DNA from: Camelus ferus
Lineage: Eukaryota
Assembly (NCBI RefSeq): GCF_009834535.1
Contig: NC_045696.1
Location: 77,192,001 to 77,256,000 of the forward strand
Length of the DNA: 64,000 nucleotides
Direction of reading: 5' to 3'
In this document: positions 25,442 through 38,185 of the stretch, in pieces
Position numbering within the stretch: the stretch's first letter is position 1
How the letters are laid out: each line of letters starts with the position of its first letter
Notes under the pieces: generated by a model
Told to the model about the DNA's origin: nothing
Database searches by the model: none
The model's input: the letters and a program-made list of their open reading frames with translations, nothing else
Position numbers and translations under genes: made by a program

Positions 25442-25890
25442 TGATGGCAGGACAAAAACATTGATGCTTGGATAGATGAAAGACAGAATACTTTGTTACT
25501 TACCACTCCAAACGGGAGAAAGCTGTCAGGCAGGGCCATGTGGGGAGTTGTGACAGGCACAGGGTAACAGCAAACTGGAGCAACGGCGGCAACATATGTA
25601 TGGCAAGTGGGGTGATGTTAGCTGGGTTTCCTGGCTTCCCTATGGGTTGGCTACTTTGAGTAATTTCTAGGGATCTAGGGAAAAGGGGGCTGTCCTTAGT
25701 TGTTTGATACTTGGTCTCAGTGTGATTACGGCAGGTAGGTATGTAGTGGCCTGCAGTGTGAGGGCCCCATAAAAAGGTGGTTGAGATGTATACTCAATCA
25801 GCTGTTCAAGATTAGCCAGAACCGCCAACTCTAGCCAGAGCCTCAAAACTGAGTCAAGACAGCATTTAAAAAAAAACCCCAAAACACTCT
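25442..25890 (-). mobile_element. Old ERVL-class LTR (MER54/MER74-like)
   Basis: ggctgtccttagttgtttgatacttggtctcagtgtgattacggcagg and gggccccataaaaaggtggttg...aatcagctg resemble MER54/74-group LTRs; family assigned from memory. Confidence 0.5.
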
Positions 25891-26013
25891 ATTGCAAGGA
25901 TCCATCTAGTTCAGTAGCAAGGAATGCTGTCCAGTGATTAGTTGTGGTTTCTTGTTGAAAATATTGTATACATAATAATCAACAGAGATGACTATTGTAA
26001 GTACATATAGAAC

Positions 26014-26016
26014 TAT

Positions 26017-26055
<39 letters not shown>

Positions 26056-26057
26056 TT
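26014..26057. repeat. (TATT)11 microsatellite
   Basis: Perfect tetranucleotide run read directly. Confidence 0.95.
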
Positions 26058-29000
26058 CATTCTCACAGTTGTTTGGTCTTTGTGTAATAATGCATTTTCA
26101 GATGCTGGTAAAACAAAAAAAAATCTGCTTAATTCCTTTCCTTGTCCCCAAGATTACCAGGAAATAATTGTTACATCTTTAAAAGAAAACTTAGTGTAAG
26201 GAAAACTTGTGATGAGGTCAAGTCTGCTTTGAAGGGCATTAGAAAATGATATTAAAAGTAAAATTAATTTTGTTTTTACTTGAATGTTTGCAGTTGTCGC
26301 AATCTCCTTGACTCACTGAATAATGACAGTCCTTCACTGCGAAGCTTTCACCTGTGAAAACCTCTTGAAATGCTACATTTGAATATTGACAAGATTTGTT
26401 TTTCTTTTTTCATATTGAGGACTTAGAAAATAAATTTAAATGAAAAGTCCTCCAACTGCCACTCTGTTATCTGTGTGGTTAAAATGGCTGTATTTTAGAA
26501 AAGATAGTCTGGTCATTTTAATTGTCTCGATGCATAAATCTGTTGCCTGTAAGTTAACTCCAAGAGAATGATATACAATTAACAGAGGAGTTGGCCAGAG
26601 AAAATAGATTGATTGGTGGTTGCAGATGTGGCTTTTGATTATGTCTATATAATTGCTGGAATGACCTTGCATTTCAGGTGCTATGTTTTCCAGTTGTCAA
26701 GCCTGTGAAGCTTTGTACTGGCTGCTCATTGTTTAGTTACCTCACACACAGTTGTTGTGAAGGCCAAAAGCACTGGTGTGGTGCAAAATTGTTCGTAGCT
26801 GCCAGAATGAAGATTCTTTTGTATAGTTGTGAAGTATATGGCATGCCAGAGGTAAAGGAAAGAGGTTAAAAAAAATAAAAAAAAACAGACAAAAAAACCC
26901 ACTAAGGAAATGTTGAAAATAGACGTGATTATTGCTTCCTTTCTGCTCACCTTTCTCCTCTAATTACTCTTTGCCTTCCTATAACCTATTTCTTAATAAA
27001 TGATGATAACATTAATGATGATAACAGTGGTCACTGCATTTGTGTAAACAAATGTGTAATTGTATGTAACTACATATTCGTTACTGGAAGGATTAAATGT
27101 AGAATTTATGCAGAGAGATTTTCTATTGACTTCAGGAGAAGGGATGAAATGGGTATCTCTGAAGTGCTAGAGACATTTAATGTGATGTCTATACCATGCT
27201 ATAGAGATTTGTTTTCTGATGTAAAGCCCATTGCTGAAGAAAGCTACACTGGGAATCACTTCGACTGAAGGAATAAGATGAATTTATAGAAAAATTTGAA
27301 ACTCTATTAAAGGATTTGTCTGCAGTGTGCAGTGTCAGCTAGTATAAAACTTTATAGTTGAAATGTACAAAATATATATTACTGTTATAAAATGCCTTGT
27401 TGTGAATATTAAGTAAAAACAGCCTAGATAAAATGTAGATGTTACTAAACAAGATATGTAGATTTAAATAACATCTTTATTATTCCAAATATAATAAAGA
27501 TGTACAAACCAACCATTAGTCCTTTAAATGTAATAAATACTTTCTATTCCCCTACATCCTTTATTTTTAATTTTTAAAGCTGTATTAATTTCCAGTGAGA
27601 ACTGATGCTAATTCCTTTCCTTTCCTATAGTCATGAATATTACCACATGATAAAGTGACTGCCTCTGTAATGCCATAATATTAATGAATAGGACTCATTC
27701 TCACTGAGTTATAGATGTCCCTGGTTGCCTTAGAAATGTGTCATTTCTCAGTATATTTATATAATGATTCAGTTAGGACCCTGTTTAAATTGGATTAGAT
27801 TTTTTTTTTCACTTTGCCATCCAGTTAGAGATCTTGAAGGGGAAAAAAATCCCTGGAAATTTCAATCAGCCAATCTAAGAATGAGTTTAAGAATAAATTT
27901 CTCCTGGTGTTTTCTCCCAAATTATTGGAAAATTAGAAAAACAATTGGCTTTCCATCAAAGACATAAGATAATTATCTTCACTCCTTTAAGCCTTGATGA
28001 AACTTTAGTCAAGGGAAAATCTTGGCTATTATACTCTCTCTTTCCATTCTTAAGGAAGTGGTTTAGACAAATGAGCCAGGTTTGATCTCTGCAGTTACAG
28101 CTTCCTGACAGGTACCGTGGCTTCTTTACTTTGTGTAACTCTGTCTGAAAATCAGCATTTTACCTACAATCCCTTCTGGTATTTAAATATGATCATGTTG
28201 CCTGTGGGTGGGCATCCTTGATCAGAGTTGGGATAAAATTGACCAAATTCTCACTAGACTTCAAATTTTCAAGGCCAAGTAGTCACTGCATTTGTTTGCA
28301 GTAAATCTATCTCTTAACATACATTTCTCCCCTGTGGAGACGCGCTCATTTGTTAGTTGTATTTCAGTGAAGATGAGTCACATCCAACTTTGGTCATTTG
28401 TGCTGTAAACAGCAAAAAACTGGCATTTGGATCTCCCAACCAAATTTCTTCTTGCAATCTGTCAGTGTTTTCAAGAGTCAGGAAATAAAGCATCCAAAAT
28501 AGAAATCAAACTACTCAAATTTCTTGAGAAATTGATTCTGAGGTTCCCATAGATTTCAGTGAAGACTTAGAATGCTTTTAACTTAAGAGGCAATTTAGTT
28601 CAAAGACAGAACATGCCTGAGGAATTTCTTTCAATATGGGATTAGTAAGGCTACTAAAACCACAGCCACACTAGGACTTTATGTTTTAGACAAAATAACA
28701 AAAGTAGTCCATGTGTTAGATTCATGATCCAGGGTGAAACCTACTATGAAAAGAAAATCACCAAATGAGTTAAATGATTTTGCCATTATTTTAGAGGTAG
28801 GAAGATATCTTTATATAGTGTAATATGATAAGTGTAAAGCAAATTCCAAAAATTTGACATGTGTTTTTACATATATAAGAAATAGAGCGATAAGGGTTTA
28901 TCTAACTAACGTGTGATATAACTTTGTGTACTTGGTGGAGATGTTAAAGTATTACAGGATATTTATCTGTGCTTATAAATACATTATTTAAATTTGCATC

Positions 29001-30429
29001 TTCCCACACATTCACCACTAATAAATAGAAAGAAAAGGAGCCACCACTGTGAAGTGCCTTCCTCCTTCATGGAAATCTAAATCTGTTGCATTGTCATGTT
29101 CAACTTTACCTGATACCATAGGGATGTATTTGGATGGAAAGCTCTAAAGATGGAAAATGTTACAAAATTAGACTTAAATCAAATATTTATTTGATTTTAT
29201 ATGCAGATAAATGGTGATTTGAAGTCTGAAATCGAATACTATGAAAAAATAATATAAAACATCTTCAAAATAAACTCTAGGTATGAGGCTGTCCACCTTT
29301 TGCTCTTGTATTTTTGTTTATTATCAAGAACCTACAAGGCTAGATTACAGCTGCATTTGTCCTCTGAGAATTGCCTTGTTGAATCACTCTGGAGTATGCG
29401 TACTACCCAATTTTCAGAATTATAAGGATTGCTAAATTAGTCATTTTGAGGGTGATTATAAAGCCTGTGTGATATGATGATTAAGATTAATGATCTGAAA
29501 AGGTAAGAATTACTAAAAAATTCCCTTGCACACCACACATGAATAACATATTGATTTGTTTTTAATGTTACTCAGCATTTAAAGTTCTATTCCATCTTTT
29601 TGAATGTTAAAAGAATAAATGAGACTAAAGCCTGAAACTTACCATTTCAAGCATAGCTAAATTATTGTGCAGCCATGTAAGCGGTGAGTTACAATAGTGT
29701 ATTTCCAAAACTATCCAGGAACTACTTTGCTGTCTCAATCTGGAATTACTTTTGGAATTGAAAAGCAAGTACAAAACAGATAAATAAAACCAGTAGTGCC
29801 TTTTATAATGTCAAGCCAGATGTTTCTAGGGTTTAAGCTGCTCTAAGGAAACAGATACTTGCTGAGACTGTCTTCCAGTATTCATGGAAATCGTTAAAGG
29901 CAGGTTTACTATTCCCTGCTTGCTGATGCTTCACCTCCATCTCAGCCTTTGATGGGTGATGGAAATCCTTACTTAGGGCACTGTGACAAGGGACAGCTTT
30001 GTTCCCTTGAGGTTGACAGTTTAAATCCATACTGTATTTGGCCCAAACTGATTTCTCAGCCACTATCATTACAAGTTTCCTGTTTATGTGATGCACAGTG
30101 AAATGGAAAGGGATGTGGTTACTGTGGGATAGCATTGCTCCTGAAAAATTCAGACATGCAAGGGCAAGGCAAAAATATTGACACCACCACAGTGAATGTA
30201 ACCTTGATGCTCCAGGTTTGGCAGAAATTACAAACATGAGAACCAACATGCAAAATCGTGTCATGCAATTGTTTAATATTGATGAACATTTTAAAAACAT
30301 ATCATACACAAACCCTTACTACTTAGTACTGCCCAGTAAAATGTTCCTAATTATTGATTTTATTGTGTTACTTTCTAAGTCCAACACCTCTAATAGTCCT
30401 TCTCAGCTACTGCAGGAACACTGTACCAT

Positions 30430-30640
30430 CGTAAAGAGCAGGGACTGTGGGATCTAATAAACTTGTGTTCTTACTACTAGGTGTTTGATATCACACATCT
30501 CTAAGCCTCAGTCTCCTTATCTATAAAATGGGGAATGCTGTACTACCTTACCCAGAGGGTTGTAGTGAAGGCAAACCTAGATAAACAGTGGAAATCTAGC
30601 AGTGTTCCAGCACAGAACATTAAAAACACGTAATAATTAC
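30430..30640 (+). mobile_element. MIR SINE
   Basis: Core motif ctctaagcctcagtctccttatctataaaatgggga...gggttgtagtgaagg. Confidence 0.75.
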
Positions 30641-30649
30641 CTTATTGCA

Positions 30650-31290
30650 ATTTCCAGTTTACTTTTGCCTTAGCCATAATTTTTTCTAATCGAAAGACCA
30701 AACTACATATCACTATTGCTTTACTTTGCATTTGTTTAACTATGGGAGGGTTGTTTTCTCCTTTTTCATGTGTTTTGGCATTTATTTATTTATTTGTTTA
30801 TTTATTTATTTGTTTATTTATTTATTTTTATTTTCCTGTTCGTGGTTTATTTACTTTTCCTGTTCATGGTTTTCCCCAATTCTTCTAATGTGATTTGTTT
30901 TCATTATAGGTGTTAATCTGTCCTCTTTCCATTTTAACTTGTCTTTTTTCATTTCATTTGGATATATTTTACTTAAAACATCTTAAGATTCAAAATAGTC
31001 AACTCTATATAACTCATTTATTTATCGTATCTGCTTATAGTCTCATCCTGAGAAAGAAATTTCCATCCTCCTATTTTATGTATCATTGAATATTTTCTTC
31101 TTGTTCTTTTACAGACTCTCGTAAGTTTAATTCTTTAAACACTTGGAATCTGTTTGGGTGTATGGGATGTGTTAGGTCTTTGTCCTTTTCATTTCCACAA
31201 TACTTGGTCAGTTTGCTTGTAGAATAATGTACTTTTCTCCGTTGACTGCAGTAACATGTATATCATACACTAAGTTCCCATGTGGCTGGT
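30650..31290 (-). mobile_element. Highly degenerate LINE-1 ORF2 fragment with an internal (TTTA)n tract at 30779-30830
   Basis: T-rich antisense L1 motifs such as tactttgcatttgtttaact and aagtttaattctttaaacacttggaatctgtttgggtgtatgg. Confidence 0.5.
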
Positions 31291-32569
31291 GTGGTAACTT
31301 CCTTTGGCAGGTGTTGTTGTCTATCACACAGGGTGTCTGATGTAACCTCTAGGTAAGGAGCAAATGGCACCCCTGTTGCTTTCCCCCAATCTGGCTTGTC
31401 ATTGATTGGTACATGCTCTTCCTTCCAGTTGACCACAGCATTGCTGCAAGCCATCAGTGATGAGGGAAGAATGTGATACCCCTCTTCCACATCTTCTGTT
31501 TGCTATTTTCTCTTCTCTTCACGAGGAGTTACATACTGTATATCAGAGAATGTTGAAGCAGTTTTTGTAAAAGAAATTCAAGTAGTGGAACTGTACAGAG
31601 CTGAGACTAGAGATTGAATGTACCCTGAACTAACTGCTTTACTCTCTTAGCCTGTTGAAGGAAATCTCACAAAGTCACTCCCATGGTGTTTCATCCATAC
31701 AACTTCCTTAGTTACTATTCTTTTCCATTTCTCTCTTTCATGTCTTCCTTTTTGCTCTTGCTCTAAGTTTTTGCTTTTCTATTATCTTATAATTGGTGAC
31801 TTCTCCTTAAAAGAATAATCAAATCCCAGTGTTTTGAATCTTGCAAATTTTATAGCCTCAGCTTATGAATTTCAGGAGTTTTCTCCCTTGCCCAGTTTAA
31901 TGTAGCCCTTCAGGGAAGAGACACATTTGTATAGGACATAGAAGGCAAAAAGGTGAATTCCAACCCTTGAATAGGTGGGACCTTTCCAATCTTGCATGGC
32001 TAATTCTCCCCTATTAAATTTAAAATTCTAATTTAATAAAATTTTATTGAGATTATTTATTTCCTCCAGGAATTCACCCTTATCCAGATCATAAAAGTTC
32101 TCACCATAAAAAAAGGTAATTATGTTACATGAGGGAGGTGATACCACTACAGTGGTAATCATATTGCAATACAGATTTCTCCTGCTATCTGAAAACAGAG
32201 TGTTCCTATGAAAACTTTCAGAAAGCCAAAGTGGCATAAAGCAAAGAAGCAATTATCTCACGAGTCTTGTTAATGGATGCACAGGATAATTGGAGCTAAA
32301 GCACAGATGCTCATAGACACACAGTTCAAAGCTATGGTGGCTTGATGCTGAGATGCTGACTTTAGTTACAGGGAAGGAGCTTGGTGTTGCCACACTCGCT
32401 GCTCAGGGTGGGTACTGTCTTTGTAATGACTTGCTGCAAAACAAACTCTGAATGCTATTTTTGTTTTTCATCTTTGGATTTCTTTCAGTTAATAAAAACA
32501 GGTACAAATGAAGGTCTTTTGGAAAAGTGAATTGATGTAAAACAATCTTTTAAAAAGTAGGGAATACTT

Positions 32570-32653
32570 GTATATAACTCAAATCAACACATTATACACT
32601 TGAACTTTCACAATGTTATATGTCAATTGTATCTCAATAAAGTTGTGAAAAAA
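32570..32653 (+). mobile_element. Very short LINE-1 3' terminus (laurasiatherian type)
   Basis: acacttgaactttcacaatgttatatgtcaattgtatctcaataaagttgtgaaaaaa: L1 terminal motif with AATAAA and an A tail. Confidence 0.7.
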
Positions 32654-32877
32654 GCATGAAGAAAACAAAAATGAATAATAGTCAATGAATATTAATTACA
32701 AAAAGTAATTTATCATGCTCATTTAAAAAATTATTTTGTGAATGTCATTTTCTGGGTAATTATATTCTATACCTTTCAATTTAGTCATGTAAATAGTTTG
32801 ATGGAAAATACTATTTTCTTCCATCAACCAAAGACAAAATAAAACGGAGTTGCTAATTAAACTGGTAAACAAACAAA

Positions 32878-33810
32878 AGCAAGGGTTAATTTTTAAAAAC
32901 TGTAAGGAATTTCTACAAATCAAAAGCAAAAAAAATAATAACTTGATTTAAAAAAAAAGGTCTAAAGATTGAACAGACCTTTCTCCAAAGAAGACATACA
33001 AATGGCCAACAGGTAGATGAAAAGATGATTAAAATCACTAATCATCAGGGAAATGTAAATCAAAAACGTAATGACATATCACATCACACCTGTTAGAATG
33101 CCTATTGTTGAAAAAACAGAAGACAAGAAATGCTGGCAAGGACATGGAGAAATTGGAACTCTTGTCTTCTATTGATGAGAATGCAAAATGGTACAGCCAC
33201 TATGGAAAACAGTATAGATATTTTTCAAAAATAAAAAGAGAACTACCATATGATCCAGCAATCCCACTTCTAAGGATTTATCCAAAATAATTGAAATTAG
33301 AATCTCAAAGAGATATTAGCTCTCCAATGTTCATTGGAACACTATTCAAAATAGCCAAGTTATGGAAGCAACCTAAGTATCCATTGATGGATAAATAGAT
33401 AAAGAAACTGTAGTATGTACACAGTAGAATACTATTATGCCTTGAAAAAAATGGAAATCCTGCAGTATGTGAGAACGTGCATGAACCTTGGGGCCCTTAT
33501 GCTAAATGAACTAATCCAGTCAAAGAAGAATGTATATAGCATCTGTGTATATGAGATACCTGAAATAGTCAATTTCATAGAATCAGAATGTAGGATGGTG
33601 GTTGGCAGGGACTGGGAGGATGGTGGAATGAGGAGTTGCTAATCAAAAAGCATAAAGTCTAAACTTTTCAAAATAAATAAGATCTAGATATCTAGATATT
33701 TGTTATACAACACTGTACCCATAACAATAGGGTATTGTACACTTAAAATTTTATTAAGAGGTTGATCTCATGTTTAGTGTTCTTATGACAATAAAATTAA
33801 AAGAAAGGAA
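32878..33810 (+). mobile_element. LINE-1 ORF2 C-terminus and 3' UTR (L1MA9/10-like), 5'-truncated
   Basis: ORF 33105-33290 reads KIKRELPYDPAIPLLRIYPK, the L1 ORF2 C-terminal motif. The 3' end is ttaagagggttgatctcatgtttagtgttctta followed by an A-rich tail. Confidence 0.92.
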
Positions 33811-34095
33811 TGTAATAATTTCCCATGTTTGGACATAGGGCCTTTCAAGAGGTAATTAAGTTAAAATGAGGTCTAATATTAGGATGGGTCTGATCCAATA
33901 TGACTGGTGTCCTTATGAGAAACCTGTTAGGACACAACAAACACAGGCAAGAAGAGAAGCTTCAGAAGGAATCAACCCTGTTGACCCCTTGATCTTGGAC
34001 TTCTAACCTCCAGAACTGTGAAAAAAATAAATGTCTGCAGTATAAGCCACCAGTCTATGATACATTATTTCAGGAGCCCTAGTAAATTAATACTT
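33811..34095 (+). mobile_element. MaLR LTR MLT1A/B-like, internally deleted
   Basis: tagggcctttcaagaggtaattaagttaaaatgagg...cttgatcttggacttctaacctccagaactgtga...aataaatg. Confidence 0.85.
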
Positions 34096-35326
34096 ACTTT
34101 ATTTCTATTTACTTTACCTGAATAGTGACCTACACTTAGTACATACTTGGTAAAATTTAATTTTAATCAAGTTGGGAGCTCCTAAAATTTTACCAACATC
34201 CTTTTGTAAATCTGAAATACACTTGTACCCTTATGATTATGATTTTTGAATATTAAATGAAGAAGACTTAAACATCTTGATCTAATTGGGTTTTCTTTAA
34301 AATTTTACAAAATACCAATCTTAATTTAACTAATCCTTTTGTTTATTTTTCTCATTAATGATCCAGATGCTAGTGAAACCAGGTTTTTATGGAATCCATA
34401 GATGGAAAAATGTCTCAGAGATGTTATTAATGGCTAAGTGTGTGGTCTTCTCAGGAGTCCCTTAAATGATGAACACCTGTCTCATCGTTAGCTTAACAGG
34501 TTCTCATTATGAAGGGTTTTCAACAAAATGATAATTGGTGGCATTTTTATCATACCATTGAACTAGAGGGAATACTATGGTAATAAGTAATTGACATTTA
34601 CCTTGTCCTAAGATCCTTTTTCTTAATAGAACGGAAACATGATGGTAACATTTCTCCCTGATGTTGAAATTACTTTGTCGACAATGACTTTGGTAACTAA
34701 CGCTTAAAAACCATTATATACTACTTATTAAGTTAATACCTTGATTTATAGCTACAAAACTGAAAGAAGAATGGAGAATATACCTAAAAACATTAATGCC
34801 AACTTGCTAGAGTTGTATATACAGATGGATATGAATACTTGCTTAAACACAAAAGAATTTTTTTATCTTAGTTGTACTCTTTATTTGTCTCAATTGTGTA
34901 TCTTCTGATTGCTAAACCAAGTTGATATGTGGATCATGAAATTCCTCTCCTCTCACTTATGTTGATGATTTTTTTCCAGTGGGGAATTTATTTTAAGTAT
35001 TTACATTAGTAATTTAATTTCCTTACTCATATGTATTCCATCAACAAGTATTTGTCAAGTATAGAATGAGAATTGGGGGAAAAACTGGTAACTCTTCTAG
35101 TCTCTTCCTCCACACTAAAATAACTTCTGAAGATGAGCAAGGGAAATTCAAGACATAATTATAAAGTAGTGCAAACCTGTGTTTGGCATTCTCCTGTTCT
35201 CTGTTTAAGCATCTTTTCTACAATTTAACTCTAGATCCCAATGCTGTCTTCTGCTACATGTCTGCACAGCACTTCCTGGTACCAATTCCACGTAGGGACC
35301 TGTTCTGAACACATTATACTCTAGAC

Positions 35327-35523
35327 CTGCACTATCCAATATGGGAGCCACTTGCCACATGTAGCATTGAAATTTAAATTAACATTAAATGAACATTAAA
35401 AATAAATTTCCTCTTTGACATTAGACACACCTCACGTGTACAATAGCATATGTGGTTTCCATGTTAGACAATGAAAATGGGCATTTCTAATCTCACCAAA
35501 AAAAGCTCTATTAGAAAGTACTG
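35327..35523. mobile_element. MER3/MER33-like hAT-Charlie MITE
   Basis: Degenerate terminal inverted repeats ctgcactatccaata / tattagaaagtactg, flanked by ctctagac / atctaaaa, which fits the NTCTAGAN target preference. Confidence 0.75.
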
Positions 35524-36074
35524 ATCTAAAACTTTCCTATTCTTCTCCAACCTCAAATCAAAATTCAGCAGGGCTCTCTCCTGACCTCTTGATAACTTAC
35601 TTCTCTGCTTTGCACGTTATCTAATGAAAAACTTGTGCTTAGATATTAATTATTTAAGAGATTTAATATTAACCTTTTTATTACAATCCTGGTCCACAGA
35701 AACTGAATAGCAATTTTGATTAATTAAATTTTGTTGTAGAATATTACTGATAGGTAATATAAACTGTCAGGTTAACCCTAGTTGATTTTTTTGCCTTTTT
35801 TACAATACAAAAAAAAGTTTAAGAGTCTGAGAAAGTCATAACTCATATTTTCCAAAATGATAAAAGGGAAATCAGAACACATTATTATAAAAATTAATCA
35901 GAAAGTAAGAAAAAACACATGAAAAGGCAGAATTCCTTAAAGACATCATGTTTCTGAATTTGGGGACGTGAAAAGCAATAAAAGTATACATCAAATGTTT
36001 AAAATTATTAATGATAATTGAATCTCGCAAAGTACGAAACAAACTTTTCTGCAATGTATCATGTACTCTTTTTT

Positions 36075-36109
36075 ATCTATTATCAATAGATAATCTATTG
36101 ATAATAGAT
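36075..36109. repeat. Perfect 17-bp inverted repeat with a 1-nt spacer
   Basis: ATCTATTATCAATAGAT-A-ATCTATTGATAATAGAT; the arms are exact reverse complements. Confidence 0.95.
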
Positions 36110-36939
36110 GTATCAATTACTTTTATAAAAGCAGGTAATTCTAATAATAGGATTACTTGTAAGTTTTCATACTTCCTCCTTTGACTTGAGATACAGATGC
36201 TTGAAACTACAGGGTAAAATACTATTTATTTCCCATTAGCAACCTATTAGACACATTAATGAGCTCTGTGTTGACAGCTTCATGAATACACAATTGAGTA
36301 AGGTATGATCTTGGCCACCTAGAAACCTGCATTTCAGTAGCAAATGCCATGAATATTTGATAATGATAAAATGTATGCTGTAAAAAGTGTTACAACAGAT
36401 TCTGGGTATAAATTTTCAGAATTTTTTTAAAGCATATTATATTCAGCTCAGAGAATTAAGGAAGTTTTGTGGAGGAGTTGGAATTTAGCTGAAAGATCTG
36501 TAAAACACTATGGAAAATGACACATTTATTGGAAAGTGCTGCTGAAATACAGAGTGTGTGATTGGGAGTGATGGGAGTGAAAGTTGAGCAGGAAGATTGA
36601 GACCTGATTATGGACGTTCCAAATGCCAGGGTAATGAATTTACACTCTATTTTGTGAGAAAGTGAGAAACACTGAATTTTAAGGTGGCGCTTTAAGATGG
36701 GAAGCTATACAATATAATAAATATGAAGAACATTTCCAGTCAAGGGAAAATTATTTCAAATATTTGAATGAAATTGGGAATGGTGACAGTTTTTCCATAA
36801 GATCGGATCAATGTAATATCACCCCAGATGCTTTTTTTTTTTCCCCAAGAATGAGGTCTAATTCAAGCTTTTACCTGTATTTTTTCCCCTAGTTTCCATA
36901 AGTTTCCTAGGTTAGCATAGACAGTAAGTTCCTGTGGTG

Positions 36940-37160
36940 GTAGAATGTTTACGTTTGATTTCCAGCTCTTGCATCTTCTCACTGAGTAATGTTGGGCTAG
37001 TTAGTGAACCTCTCTGAGGTCACTTTTCTCATTTATAAAATGTAGATAATAAAAGTACCTCATTCGTTTGTTGTAAAAATTAAATGTGTTATTGCAGGAA
37101 GTGTACCTCCAATAGTTCTTAGCACAGAGTAGGTTCCCAGTAAATAGTGACTGTTACTAT
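36940..37160 (+). mobile_element. MIR SINE
   Basis: ttgggctagttagtgaacctctctgaggtcacttttctcatttataaaatgtagataataaaagtacctc. Confidence 0.8.
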
Positions 37161-37479
37161 AATAATTGTTAATGTGGTAAATAATGGTGTTGAATGCCTC
37201 AAAGTTGGGCTTTAAGGGTTGTTACATTATGAAAGTTCTATTAATCTCCAAAGCTTCCCTATAATCTATTTTTTTTACATCATTAAACATATTCATATTG
37301 ATTTAATGATTAACTGAATTATTAGTTTACTGATCTATTACTTCAATAATAGTTTCATTCATTGTCATTCTGGAATAATTAAGATATTATGGGGAAACCT
37401 TGATTTTGCCTAGAGTTTCAGGCTTGAATTCACAGATGTTACAATGTAGGCATCATTTATAACTGCCCCTGGTTTTAAT

Positions 37480-38185
37480 TCACTCATGCTCCCTTGAAGG
37501 GCCAGCAGGCATTTTGGGTGGAACCGACCCACCTCAAGCCCTAGGGGTAGGACTAGATGGGCTCAGGCCACTCGTTTTAATCTATTCTCTTTTGTTACAG
37601 TGCTAAGAACAAAAATGGGCACCTGTCTTGAACTGTCCTTACCTGAATTACGTCCCCAGTTTTTTCAATAAGTGGAAGAATAAAGCATTCTCTTTTTCCC
37701 ACTGGTTAAGAACAAGGAAGCAGGCAGCATCTAACTGCTGTTTCTGGACCAATAGAGTAGAGCTGAGCTAGAAATCACACCAAAACAAAAAACAAAAAAC
37801 AAGAACCAAAAAATTGCAAATGATGAGACCAGGCCCTGATCGCATTGCTTGAGCCAGGATAAAGCCACACTTGAAGAATCTTCAGGAAAATGAACCAATG
37901 TATCCCTCGCTATTTAGCCTCTTTGATATCCTAATTCCTGCCAGGTAGTCTCTACAGATGTGTGATTCTAAATCCTTCCATGTGCTTTGGGTGACTGCTT
38001 CTTCCTCCCTGCATTCTTCCTGTCCCAGACATTGTAGCTGCTATTTGTTGTTTTTAATACCTGGATTTCCTCACTGTCTCCTCTTTGACTTCTCAGATAT
38101 TCTATCATGTATGAAACTAATCCTGCGTATTAAATTCTCTTCCTTTGAAATTCCTGGAGTGATTTCTGTTTTTCTACTGTATCAC
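37480..38185 (+). mobile_element. Old LTR remnants (MLT1J/K-like followed by an LTR33/LTR16-like 3' end)
   Basis: gagccaggataaagccacacttgaag...gaaccaatgtatccctc, then attaaattctcttcctttgaaattcctggagtgatttctgttttt. Confidence 0.45.

Noticed and set aside
31263..31490. 75-aa minus-strand ORF in a GC-richer patch, possibly a retroviral or pseudogene fragment
   Set aside because: No motif I can recognise; cannot be supported without a homology search.
33682..33697. 16-bp palindrome ATCTAGATATCTAGAT
   Set aside because: Explained by tandem duplication of the self-complementary 8-mer ATCTAGAT within an L1 3' UTR.
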